This document shows positions 24,866-37,639 of a stretch of DNA of 64,000 nucleotides, piece after piece. Position 1 is the first letter of the stretch; every line of letters begins with the position of its first letter. The notes under the pieces were generated by a model. The model searched no databases. It was not told where the DNA came from and saw nothing but the letters and a program-made list of their open reading frames with translations. The translations under genes and the position numbers were made by a program. Source of the DNA: Zootoca vivipara. Lineage: Eukaryota. The DNA lies in NCBI RefSeq assembly GCF_963506605.1, contig NC_083286.1:32736001-32800000 (forward strand), read 5' to 3'.

Positions 24866-25701
24866 GTAAGCTGCAGTAAGTCTTAGGCTCACATGTTTTC
24901 TCCTCCTAAGAGATGCTTGAGAAGAGTTCAGATGCTTTTGATTCAGGTTTCAGTTAACCAGTTTGCAGTGTTGTCCTGGGTTTGTGGTTAACTATACCCA
25001 TGACTAGTTTCAACAAATGAATGTTAGAAATCACGCCTTACATGACTTTTGAACTACATACTTTCTGATTCACAGCATGTAATCTTAGTCACACCATATT
25101 ATATGCATCAGCCTCATGGGAGCATGCCAATGATTGTGAAATAATGGGAAACCACAATCTGCTTCCTAAAGGGATGATTCAGTTCTAAATTTGGGTCTTC
25201 GTGGTGCAGCCTTATAATCAATAACTTGGTTCAGATGAAAGGTTCTTGGTCCAATAAACCACAATTTACTAGACCAAGAATGAGGCTTGCACATATGCAC
25301 TCCCTCCTCCTTTGTGTAATGAAAAAAAACTCCCAATGCATATTAAACAACCACTTCCTGTTACATCTTAACCATGACACAGTAGTTTAATATCTGGCTA
25401 TAAACCAACATATCAAACCACAATTCAGATTAATGGGAAACTGTGGTTTAACAGGAAAGTGTGGTTTAATAATGGGAGTTTTCCATTATGGCATAGAAGA
25501 GAAGCAGACAAGGAAATGTGTGGGCACAATATTTGTTCTTGTTAGGCATGAACTGGAGCTTAGTCTCTCTGCAATCATCATAAGGATAAACTACGAGGAT
25601 GGCTATTGACACATTGAGCCCCCAAATGTTCTCTTCAGGTTTGCAAGATGTTCTCCAAAATGCTACCAGAAGCTACCTTCAAGTCATTCTTGCACTATTA
25701 T

Positions 25702-25908
25702 AGTTACAGGTAGGTAGCTGTGTTGGTCTGAGTCAAAAAAAAAATAAAAAAAAATCCTTCAGTAGCACCTTAAAGACCAATTAAGTTTTTGTTTTGGTAT
25801 GAGCTTTCGTGTGCATCTGATGAAGTGTGCATGCACACGAAAGCTCATACCAAAATAACAACTTAGTTGGTCTTCAAGGTGCTACTGAAGGAATTTTTTC
25901 TATTTTGT
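25702..25908. mobile_element. Penelope-like element remnant with inverted (fold-back) pseudo-LTR halves
   Basis: Imperfect inverted repeat (ccttcagtagcacctt...gagctttcgtgtgcat / atgcacacgaaagctc...aaggtgctactgaagg) containing a hammerhead core. The 12-bp TSD ttgcactattat lies at 25690-25701 and 25909-25920. Confidence 0.8.
25813..25850 (+). ncRNA. Minimal type-I hammerhead ribozyme motif (Penelope type)
   Basis: CUGAUGA core at 25817-25823, palindromic stem II, GAAA, AGCU palindromic stem III and a UC cleavage site. Confidence 0.6.
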
Positions 25909-26199
25909 TTGCACTATTATGTCAGTCCTCTATCCAACCATTGCTCTATGAAGATTAATGCAATTAAAACTGTAAATAAGACAAGAGTAAGTCCCTCAAA
26001 ATTGGGGGCACGGGTCAGGAAAGAAGCAGTCCTTGGTCACAGATTATTCATTTTGCCAAAGTGAGGGGAGAAATATGAGGGACTGTTGGTATAAAAAGAT
26101 CTGAAACTGTAATCTGCATAGAACAATTTTATTAGAGCAAGAGGAAACCGTATGAAGTCAGTTGTGTACTCTGATAAATCTGTTCCCAGACAGTAGTAC

Positions 26200-26289
26200 C
26201 ATAGCTGCCAAGTTTTCCCTTTTCTTGCGAGAAAGCCTATTCAGCATAAAGGAATTTCCCTTAAAAAAAGGGAGAACTTGGCAGCTATG
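26200..26289. mobile_element. 90-bp hAT-type MITE, same family as 5683-5772 in opposite orientation
   Basis: TIRs catagctgccaagtt with flanking repeat gtagtac (7 bp). Confidence 0.9.
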
Positions 26290-26546
26290 GTAGTACTCCC
26301 TTGCTAGAAAACTTAAGACTGGCTGGCTACTTGTCTTTCCATGAGCAGGTGAAGACTTTCTTATTCCAAGAGGCTTTTGGTAACATTTTGTAAGGAAAGA
26401 GCTGCTGCTGTGATGTTTTTACTTAGTTATCTGTATGTTTTACTAGATCATAAAACATACAGATATATGATCTATTAAAACATACAGATCACAGCACCAG
26501 CCCTTCTATTAAAAAATATTTTCTATTTATTTGTTTTTAATTTTTT

Positions 26547-26698
26547 GGGAAAGCTCACTTGGTAGAACATGATACTATTAATATCAGCGTTGTTGGTTCG
26601 AGCACCACATTGGGCACAAGACCCCTGCATTGCAGGGGGTTAGACTAGATGACCTGCATGGTCCCTTCTAACTCTACAATTATATGATTCTATGATTC
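26547..26698 (+). mobile_element. tRNA-derived SINE with CR1 3' tail
   Basis: A-box-like agctcacttggtaga, B-box ggttcgagcac, then cctgcattgcagggggttagactagatgacc and an ATTCTATG tail. Confidence 0.8.
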
Positions 26699-28066
26699 CC
26701 TTTTTAGCTGTTACCATTTTCTCTGTAAGCTGCAGGATATAATAAGCACAATAAGAATAAGAATAACTCAACAAAAACTTTTACTGTATAGAGGAATATG
26801 GAAGCACATAATAGCTACTAGGAGAACTGAAAGTGCTCTGAGAGACACTGTATTTCCCTTGGTGTATATTTGTATTTTTTCTACTGCCAACTCTGGTTAA
26901 ACAAACAAACAAACCAGTTTTGAAGCAACACAATCTTACAAAGCCTGTTTATCAGAGGCAAAAGGATGCTGAGCAGTGATCACAAGCAACTGTTTCTTTT
27001 TTTAATTGCCTTTATCTCTCTGAACAATATTTTGTGTTGCCTTTGGCCTTCACTGCAACATTTCTATGCGCAACAGGGTGCAATACAGTGCAAAAGTTTA
27101 GATCATGAGACACACTGCCATGAACCCTGAGAGGCTGTCGACAGGGCGTTTGTTTGCCTGTACTCCATGATTCAATACCTAAAAATTACTGCAAAAATGA
27201 TCCCAGGAAAAGGAATACGCCTGTGTTGTCAGAGCAAAGCTTGCCATGCTGATGTCACAGCTCGCATTGATCCTGCAATCATCTTACCAGCAGTGCAGTT
27301 TCTATATTATACAACATAGAGTCTGTTGGGATTGGAAGTGTTGTATGAGGGCATCCAACTGCCAAATTAAGCCGCACTAAAAAGCAAATTCTATGAACAG
27401 CCAAAATGCAGCTTTTATGCATGGAGAAAAACTGAATGCTAACAAGTAAAACACTTCTATGAGTCACCGAACCAACAGGCACTCTCAAGACACTTCTTCC
27501 CCTCTGTCTATCTGTTCTCAATATGTATGCTCCCCCTCTCTAGACTCAACAATATTGTCTTACATTTCAACCTCACTTTTAGGGAGCTTTCTGAAGTGAT
27601 GCCAGAAACTACTAAATGTTGGAGAAGAACTCAAATATTAAGCTGATAACTGAATATGGATTAAATTTTTGTAGAACATATCTCTGCAATGTAAGGGGTG
27701 TCAATACACTCTAGACTGCCATAGTCATCCTTAACATGTAACATTTAAAAAGATCTTTGCCAAATAAAGCATGTTAGAACATGAGCAGAACATGTTGATT
27801 GCTTTCTATGTTTTTGCCTTATTTTCAGCTAGGCAAGAGCAATCAGTGATGTCAGCCGAGAAAGCATAAGACACAGTAGTCATTATGCACAACAAATTCA
27901 CCCAGAAATGTGAATTGACAATACTGTAACTTTCTAGTTTGGAGCTTGGAATCAGCCCTTTCTAAACCCCAAGCTATCAGAGCCATCAGAACCAACTCTT
28001 CAGTGGCACCAGTGGAGGTGCAAGACCACCACCACATTCTGAATTTTCTCCTCATTGCTTCATACA

Positions 28067-28485
28067 AGAATTAAAGAATAATAGAATTGTAGAGTTGGAA
28101 GAGACCCCAAGGGTCATCGAGTCCAACCCCCTGCAATGCAGAAATCACAGCAAAAGAATCCCTGACAGATGGAGACTCAACGTCTCTTCTACAACCTCCA
28201 ATGAAGGAGAGTCTACCACAGGCATCCCCAAACTGCGGCCCTCCAGATGTTTTGGCCTACAACTCCCATGATCCTTAGCTAACAGGACCAGTGGTCAGAG
28301 AAGATGGGAATTGTAGTCCAAGACATCTGGAGGGCCGAAGTTTGGGGGTGCCTGGTCTACCACTTTCCAAGGCAGCCCATCCCACCGTTCAACAGCTCTT
28401 ACTATCAGAGTTCTTCCTAATTTTTAGTCAGAATCTCCTTTCTTGTAATTTGAATCCACTGGTTCAGATCCTGCCTTCTAGAGCA
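28067..28485 (-). mobile_element. CR1 LINE 3' end interrupted by a MITE
   Basis: Reverse complement of the CR1 3' region seen at 5880-6151. Confidence 0.8.
28219..28354. mobile_element. 136-bp hAT MITE, TIR variant
   Basis: caggcatccccaaact...agtttgggggtgcctg with an 8-bp TSD gtctacca. Confidence 0.9.
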
Positions 28486-29339
28486 CATGCCCATACTGGA
28501 CACAATCTATGTACAAATCACTCAGGCTAAATTACAATGTGATAGGGAGATCTTCTAGGTGGCTACGTCAAATACTAAAATTTCAATTTACATTTATGGT
28601 TTTAATATGAAAATATCAAATAGAAATTATTGATTAAGTATTTAAGTGTTGGTTACCCAGTGATGTCCAAAGGGTAGAGTAGATTGGGGGAAGAACACTG
28701 GCCCAATCTCAAATTGGGCATAGAATCTGAGGATGATCTTGGGAAAGTAGCATTATCTCAACAACAACTTAAATCTAAAAGTAGATTAACCCTAATGATA
28801 CTTCAAAATCTAAAGCCTCCTGCATCAGCAAGTAAGAACTTGGGATAGGGGGAATCTACATAAACCTAGCATGACTTCATTAAACAAGATGATGTACCAT
28901 TACTACAAAAATAATGAAGCAAGCATTTCAAGGATACATGCAGCACTTGGAAACTCATTCACAGCACACTGCTACCACATAAACACTGCCCTGGCTGGGC
29001 TGTGATGTGATCCAGTACTAGCTGAGTGTAAATTTAATTGCAAATCAGCTTTTTAAAAAGTGAATGCAATTTGGCAATGTGAATTAAAAGCTGCAACTTA
29101 TATTTTTATTCTGAACCGACACGTGTTTTGGTTAAGATACTCTGGGAGTCTGTTCGCTTGTTTACTGTTTTTAGGGTTAGGAATGTCTTCTTCCCACTTC
29201 AGCTGAAACAAGATTAATAAGGGACCCAAAAATCATTTCTCTCGTGTAAGCAGCTTCCATACGTTAGTTCACATCTCTGGATATCCCAAAGTCTCAACCA
29301 AACCTCAAAAGTTACTTCTCAAATCTGGGAGAATCTAGA

Positions 29340-30330
29340 CACTTGACCCCCAAACTTACCTGTATCCTTTGGAAAGAGCCAAATAACCAAAAATTCCCCT
29401 TTCTTTTGTCCAAAACAAGAACTACACTTGTATCCAATGCAAATCTCACCCTATTATTGTGAAATAGCTCCCACTCAGCCCTAAAATTATACTACTGAAG
29501 GTGCTTTATGATGATCGTCCACAACTTCATTCCTCTAAGTCTAGCACTTCCTTAATTCCAAGTCAACCACAATTTGGAAAAATCCAAACAGCCAAATGAA
29601 TTCTAAAACTTATCCCTCTGTCTTTTATGCTATGCCAGAGTTCTTCAAAACCCTTTTCGAACGTCAAAAGTTCTGCCAGTCCTTTTGTGATGCCACATTT
29701 TCATCTAAACCCCCAAAGTCTGATCTGCAAAAAGGTCATTCATTTTAATTTGGGTGCCAGAAACTCATCTCGAAAATGCATCCCAATCCCAAAAATCAGT
29801 TTCTCCATTGGACACCCCAAAGCACCCATCAAGTTCACCAAATTATCACTCTGTTTCTGGTAAAACAAGCTGCTCAATGGTGTACCTAAACTCTTATCTT
29901 TCATTTAGGGAAGGCCAGATTATGATCTGAGCCCACAATGCCACCACACCTCTCAGACCCTATTAAATACTCATTTGAATCCAAAGTCAAGCATCATTTG
30001 GGAATGAGCAAATGTCAATCTGAACCCCATTTTAACCCCCCTCAAAGTAACCCCCCTTGTTTGGGCAAGGTCAGGTGTCCATCGAAATCTCAATTGTCAA
30101 CCTTCTACCTTGAGTGGGAATAGATACCCAGTGGAGCCACAGTCCTTTGCTCAATTGCCTATAAAACCCCATTGGGCAAGGTTGAATGCCCAATCCGAAT
30201 CCCACCCCAAATCTGTTCCTTCATACAATGATTCACTAAAGGAAAGTTGGAGGTCATAATATGGCTATACTGAACTTTATATTGGGGAAAGAGAAAGTTA
30301 TCAGCAGTAAATTTTCATTCATCGCTAAAC
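29340..30330 (-). mobile_element. Possible highly decayed LINE endonuclease-region fragment
   Basis: Strand-biased composition and a minus-strand GSDH peptide (~29920-29935) resembling the APE endonuclease SDH motif. No long ORF. Confidence 0.3.
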
Positions 30331-32239
30331 CTTTACGGTGAAAAATAAATTAGATTAAAATCAAAGTTTGTAATTAAAACCATTATTTTCCACAAATTTC
30401 TTGGTTACACACTACAGGTCAGCATCATACTCCCAACAAAGTCAACACAAAAAGCCCTCACAATGGAATGGTTGATGCAATTTATATTATTCACACAGTG
30501 TTCTCCGTGAATAATTATTCTCACAGTTAAAAAGCTCTACTGTTAAACTGTTACAATACCTCACGACATGCATTTTTAATACTGAAATTAAAATAAATCT
30601 GTTGAGTGTATATATATCTCACCCACACCCACACAAAATTGAGCACCCTGAAACATAAAATACAAATATACCTTATGATAACCAAATATGCCTAAAATTT
30701 TCTATTCTGTGGCATTAGATTTTTTTCCTCACTGTTGCTAAAAGGTCATGTTCAAAATTTAAATGCAGTATTTGAAGTGTTCTTGGGCACAATGAATCAG
30801 CTAAAATCTTTGTCTTGGGGACATTTTTGCTTCCTGACAGAAAGCCTGAAAGACAATTAATGAAGACTAAAATAATCCAATAGTAGTATCTCAATGGTAG
30901 TTGGCAAAATGTAAAACTGACAGAATGAAAACAAAAGTAGCTGCTTTAAATGAACTATGGACAAGGAATACACAACTGACATAAAAATATGATAACAGAG
31001 TTGACATGGCATTTACTGATACGCTAATATGTGCTTATTTCCCCATTGGAAAAATAAATTAGTCTCAGTTTAAGGCATTCAGTCCTCTTCAGTGTCTTCT
31101 ATTATTACAAATGTTTCATGACAAGGAGTAATAGAGACTATCACACATTGAGCTTCACTTTCAAATAGTGAAGGAGAGGTTTAAGAAATATGTTTGTGAC
31201 CATTGATTTAAAAAGTGAACTGTCTGGGTCAAACAACTATATGAGCAAATGTGGAGAATCAACCTCTATGAAGGATTGTGTGGCCTTGGAAAGCCATCTG
31301 TAGTCTAAATTTTCCATTTTAGCCAGTTCCAAATGGTTGCTCAGCACTGTATAACAAAATATCACTTCCAATAGTGAGACCAGAACTTTTGAATAAATGA
31401 GTTCAAATTTTGAAAAATATTATTTCTATACTTACTAAACACACTGCATTTGCATCACTAGTTTTATAAAATGTGTATCTTCTGCAGTTCCAATTTCATT
31501 TTTACAGTTTTCCCAATTGACAAAGGCAATTATCTAACAGTGCCCTGTCCAAACTATTATTTCCTGGGATACTGCCAGCCCTGCATAAGAATATAATCTT
31601 TTTGAAACTATTTTACTGTGGGTGATTTTAACAACTAATTGTTCTTTATATGAATTCCCATCACATATATGAAACTCTTGGGCTGGCTGAAATAATTGTT
31701 CATTGTAAGCAGAAGCAATAACATTTATTCTATATATAAATATAACTGGATTTATGTTAAATGGTTGCATAAATGCAACTGTTTTGGATCCCATTTATGC
31801 TCAATGGCTCCTCAAGTCTGCAAATATGTTACTGAAAAACCATTTAGGGAATGGGAAACATTATAATAAAGATTATTAATAATATGTAAGCATGAACAAT
31901 CTAAGCAAGCCAGGGAGAAAGCTTAGCTCCTAGTTTCAGAAGGCTTAGAAGCTTGAAATCCTGCTCTGTGCAGAACCAGAATGAATGACTACACAGAGAG
32001 CATAAAGAGGAATGAAAGTACATAAGCAAAATGAATCCTGAAATGTTTATAAATGGAACACTGATATAAAGTGTTCAACTATATGATTAAATTCAATTAG
32101 ACTTGGACAGACCCATCCCTATAAATTTCGCTGGGTGAGCTTGGTCTGTTATTGCCTAACCTTCCTAACATGGTTGTTGCATGGATAAAAACAGGAGGGG
32201 GGAACCATGTTTGTCACCCTAGAACAGTACATGGGGGAG

Positions 32240-33318
32240 GATCATTCCTCCTGAGCTGTGTCCAAAAAGTGTTGTTGGGGAATGAGTGTTCAGACCTCTG
32301 GGCTCTCACTTGTGGGGTGCCTCAGAGCTCCGTCCTCTTCTCCATGCTTTTTAACATCTATATGAAACTGCTGGGAGAGATCATCAGGGAGTTGAGGGTC
32401 GACGTTCACCAGTATGCAGATGATACCCAGCTCTACCTCTCCTTCAAATCTGAACCAGTGAAGGTCCTGTTTGAGTGTCTGGGGGCAGTTAGAGAATGGA
32501 TGGCAACTAACAGATTGAGGCTGAATCCTGACAAGACAGAAGTACTGTTTTTTTGGGGGGGATGGGGGCAGGCAGGGTGGGGAACTCCCCAGTGCTGAAC
32601 ATGGTAACTGTGCCCCAGAAGGACCAGGTGTGCAACCTGGGAGTCATTTTGGACTCAGCTGTCCATGGAGGCGCAGGTCAATTCTGCCTCCAGGGCAGCT
32701 GTCTACCAGCTCCATCTGGTACGCAGGCCAGATGGTACCCTACCTGCCTGTAGACTATCTCGCCAGAGTGGTGTATGCTCTAGTTATCTCCTGCTTAGAC
32801 TACTGCAATGCGCTCTACGCAGGGCTACCTTTGGAGGTGACCCGGAAACTACAACTAATCCAGAATGTGGCAGCTAGACTGGTGACTGGGAGTGGCCGCT
32901 GGGACCTAAAGGATCTTCATTGGCTCCCAGTGCGTTTCCGAGCACAATTCAAAGTGCCCTAAATGGCCTCAGCCCAGTATACCTGAAGGAGCGTCTCCTC
33001 CCCCATCATTCAGCCTGGACGCTGAGGTCCTCCTCCGAGGGTCTTCTGCTGGTTCCCTCCCTGAGAGAAGTGAGGTTACAGGGAACCAGGCAGAGGGCCT
33101 TCTCAGTAGTGGCGCCCGCCCCGTGGAACACCCTCTCATCAGATATCAAGGAAATAAACAACTGACTTTTAGAAGACACCTGAAGGCATCCCTGTATCGG
33201 GAGGTTTTTAATGTTTGATGTTTTAGTATGTGCTGATATGTGCTGTGAGCTGCCCAGAGTGGCTGGTGAAACCCAGACAGATGGGCAGGGTATAAATAAA
33301 ATTGTTGTTGTTGTTATT
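32240..33318 (+). mobile_element. 5'-truncated L2-clade LINE (RT C-terminal half plus 3' UTR), frameshifted
   Basis: Encodes CGVPQSSVL...HQYADDTQLY...LRLNPDKTEVL, LDYCNALY, LHWLPV and RAFSVVAP; ends aataaa plus a (GTT)n tail. Confidence 0.92.
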
Positions 33319-34961
33319 CAAGCTAGCAAGCTGACAGTCCAATTGTCAGGACTTCAAAGTGCCCATCATCAGACATCCCAGTTATATCAAATGATTGAAA
33401 TGTGGGTTGCCCTGCCCAAATTTGACCAGCAATGGGGAGGAGAAAGATCTGGCCAGCCAAGAAGGTCCAGTTCCCCATCTCCACCCTATTCTATTCCTTT
33501 TGTTTTTGTTTTTTAAGAAAAGATAATTATGTGTTGCATTTCTGCAGTTTAGGAATCTCCCAAATATGTGGATGATGCTCCTTCTTGTTTCTCAATGTCA
33601 CCTTTTCGGCTCTAGTTCTATTAGCACTACTCACTACCTGAGTTCCCTATTAGAGGAAGTGATAATCTGAGCATGGCGATTCCATTTAGTTGTCATAGCT
33701 GACAGGAGGAACGTCATATGCGTTCCATTTGAACACAAGTTTTTGTGTGTACATAAGTCTAATCTGAAACAGCAGTTGAACATGTAGCTTTGTAAGGGGA
33801 GGGGGGAATCACAGATAGGAGTCTTCACATGATGCATAGGACTTACAGCACCTCCATTTTTTGAAGTCATCAGCTGTCCTGCCCGAAGGATATAAAAAGT
33901 GCCCTCCCTCTCTGTTCTGAAGAGCAAATAGTAAGTGCATCAAATTGCTATATTTTAACTGTCATCAGTAAAATCACCTACGGAAATATTCACAAGCAGA
34001 TTTGTGACACTTGGCTAAATGTTCAAAGATAGACAGTACTAAAAATGTCATTTGGAGAGCAATTAATTTAAATCTTCCGCACCCAAGGCTGTGTACTAGA
34101 GTGCTTGTTCATAGAATGCTGCTTAACTAAGGCTTCAACCCGCACTGAACACAGTAGCACCTGCAAAAAAACATGAATACTACGTACTACACTTTGTAGC
34201 TTTTAACAAATTATATTTTCTGCATACTAGTTCTCTCACTAAGTTCTAAACAGACATTTATTGTAATGCAAAAGACAAACATCTAAAACAGTTTTCCGTT
34301 TTTTGGCTTATTTTGCTAAATGACTGATTACGAATGTCTTTTTACGTAATTTCACAGCTGTTGTCAACTACCTCTGTGTTCCAACTATAAACAGACTGGT
34401 CCACATTTATGCTAAACAACCCTTGAATAAACTTTTAGATTTGTATAAAAGAGGAATGTTTTTAGTGAAGAGCAAGCTGGTCAAAAAGAAGGATGTTCTG
34501 TACAGAGGAATTGTTTTATTCTTAATTGTTCAGTATTTACATATTCTGTTGTCAGAAAAAGCAAAACTCTTTGGAGCATTTATTGACCTGATATCTGCTT
34601 GAACTCAGTAGATAGAGAACAATTATGGTACAAACTCAAAAAGACAACTATTGATCCCCAATTATTGTTTCCCTTAGAGAAATCCATGTATACGATAGAG
34701 CTAATGGAAGAACTGACTAAAATAGAGAGCGTAACGAATTATTTTTAATAAACAAAGGAAGGGAGGAAGTCTTTACCATTTGTTGTCTTTTTAATTTAAT
34801 TTTTTTTATTCACATGTTTCAAGTTCTCTATCCTGCTTTCAGGAGGAAAATCTGTTATAGGTAATTTGCAAAAACACTAATCAAATTACTTAATAATGAA
34901 ATACAAATCTTGTATTTCTTAGTCAACAGCAAGTAAAATACTTAAAACAAACTTATGTCAA

Positions 34962-36166
34962 TCTATATATATATAAATGTAAAAATCATGAAAGTGTGGG
35001 CTCCACTTTTCTCCATAACCGCTTGACCGATCTTGACACAACGATCCAGGCCACTCCCCGAGTGTTGTTAGAAAAAAAACCGACACATCTCACACCTCCG
35101 CAGGTAAAAACCTGTTTTTCAACAAAGTAAAACAGCGCCCTCAAGTGGATTTCCTCCCACAGTACACCCTCTCTCTTCCTGTGAAATCTACACCACACCC
35201 ACAAACCAAATGATGACATCATCAACCAAGCAACTGAAATCACCAAGGCGGCCATTATCAGACCCCTAGGCCCCTGCCAGGCTGCTAGGCCCCCACTAGC
35301 CCGGGGGGGAGAGGGCGAGCACCCAGATCGCAGGCCACAGCACGGCCTTTGTTTTATGTAGGCCCCTGCCAGGCCGCCAGGCCCCCACTAGGCCGGGGGG
35401 GAGGGATAACCCACAGCAACGCACTTGGGGGCACAGCAAGGGGTTTTTACTTTACAATTTAGCGGGCGCTGTGTCACATGCGAGGCTCCGGTGGCCATTT
35501 TAAGTAAGGGCAGCCATGCCCCTTTTAACCTACGCTTTATACTATGACTGACTGCAAGCCTCTGCGTCTTTAAAAAAAAAACCATGCACTTTCTCTCCCC
35601 AGTTTAAGTCCTTAGATATTTGCAGTGGCCAACACCCCCCCCCCCCCATTTACAATCTCCTACCTTCCCCTTGCCACTTCCTGGGTTTTTTATGGAACCA
35701 AACAGTTCAGGTGCTTCGGAACTCGCCTTCTGTTGCTACGGGGCTGAGTCTTCGCTATTTGGTTCCCCACCCGGGAATTAAAGTAGTTTTCTAAGTTCTC
35801 TGGGTCACCTACTCCAAAATTAGAAAATCCAAATAACAAAACACGCACACACACACACACACACACAATGCCCAAATCATACAATACCCACCAAAATAAA
35901 TGACAACCCCAAAAATAAAATTAAACAATAATAACTTCTGCTTCTCATGTTCTTATTTCAAAAAAAATTTAATCTAAATATATATAAATGTTCATGATGT
36001 GTGCACAGGGGCCAATGTATGGAAATACAGGGGGAGAGGGGACAACACTCCCCGGGGAAAACAGAGGGAAGGGTGTCCTACCCAAACACAGGGATGAGCC
36101 AGGTGGTTAGAGGGAGGAGGGGTGGGATACGTCATGGATCGGGACAGTGGTGGCCGGGCCAGCTAG
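34962..36166 (+). mobile_element. Non-autonomous Helitron, 1205 bp
   Basis: 5' A|TCTATATATATATAAA and 3' ...tggccgggccagCTAG|T, inserted between A and T with no TSD. Has a Helitron-like subterminal aaccgcttgaccgatctt and an eroded GC hairpin before CTAG. Confidence 0.8.
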
Positions 36167-36181
36167 TGGAATATATAAGTA

Positions 36182-36363
36182 CTGTATATTCCTGTGTATA
36201 AGACTACTTTTTAACCCAGGAAAATCTTCTCAAAAGTCGGGGGTCGTCTTATACGCCGGGTCGTATTTCTTATATGGCGAGTATATCCCAAACTCTATAT
36301 TTTAACTGGGAAAGTTGGGGGTCGTCTTATACGCCCAGTCGTCTTATACACCAGAATATACGG
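36182..36363. mobile_element. Tc1/mariner (Tc2/pogo-like) MITE
   Basis: TA|ctgtatattcctgtgtataagac ... gtcttatacaccagaatatacgg|TA. Confidence 0.85.
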
Positions 36364-37639
36364 TATTATCAGAAAGCCTCCCTAAAGGAAAATCATGTTT
36401 TATACTGATGGCTAAAAACCTCCATCACTTGGCTCCAAGTGATCTTTCAGGGCAAGGTATTCTACAGTTTTGAGTGCCGTCGCCAAGAATGCCATACTTC
36501 AACTTTACATGTGCACTTCCGCTGTTAAGAAAGCCTGTTTTTCAACATACGGCAATATAATACCTAACATTCAAGGAGAGACTTCTTACCCATTCACCAC
36601 AGTGGGGCTTGATTCTGAGCAAAACATGAATAGAGTTGCTCATCCTGGCTTTTAAGTTCCATAATTTACCTGGAGTTTTTAATTACAATATTTAACTCTA
36701 GTCAAACTAAGATTAACATTTTGGATCTTACAGCATTTCAGACAGCTGGTGAATTAATAATTTAATCAACCAAACAGATCTCTACTTTTTCTTATCTACG
36801 TCTAACATCAAAATAGTTGAACAAAACATATTTTGACTGTCTTAATAAAAGCCAAAAAAATATATAATCAGCTAATTAAGACTGACAAGAATTTATGGTG
36901 GAGGAGAATTATAATACTTTTCATTATAATTAGAAATTAATTTGGAATATTTCAAATTGAGCCAGAAACTTTTCAAAGTGATTTTGGGAGAAAATATGTT
37001 TGATTTGCCTACAATAATTCCAGTGCCTTTGCCCAGGGCTGAGAAAAAATAAGTTTTGCTACTAAAGATTATCAGATTAAAATACAGGAAGTCTTTGCAT
37101 CTGAAAAACTAAGATGATCAATTCTTAAGTTATTCCCCCTCTCCACAGTTAGACCATATGCACCAGGCTGTAAAGTTATCATGATTCTTTTATTTTAAAA
37201 AATTTATAAATATATCAAACATACCCCTGCCAAAAAAAAGAAAAAAAGAAAACCCCAAATAAAGACTCTGGACCAGAGAAAAGGTGTGACAGCTGAAGTA
37301 CAGTGGTACAACGACGATGCTTAACTAAGCATTGGCCACCGCATTTCCCCGATGCCACCTGTGCTTTGTGAAATACATTCCCAATGAAATGACATTACAA
37401 ATGCTAACATATCCTCCTGGACGGTCTAGGAGGGTTGAGAATTAGGGGCACTGTTATGCAGTGGTTCTGCTCCTTAGTCCTGGGCAGTCTCCGGAAAGTG
37501 GTGTTGGGGATGAGCATTAGGACCCCTGGGTGCTCACTTAGGGGGTGTCTCTGGGCTCCGTGCTCTCCCCATTTTTTTTAACGTTGCTTCACTCTGGGAA
37601 GCAGGTCACGGGAAAATGCTGTGAATATTGGAAGGAGAA

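Noticed and set aside
26547-26615. tRNA gene
   Set aside because: The A/B boxes run directly into a CR1-like tail and the cloverleaf is degenerate, so it is a SINE head.
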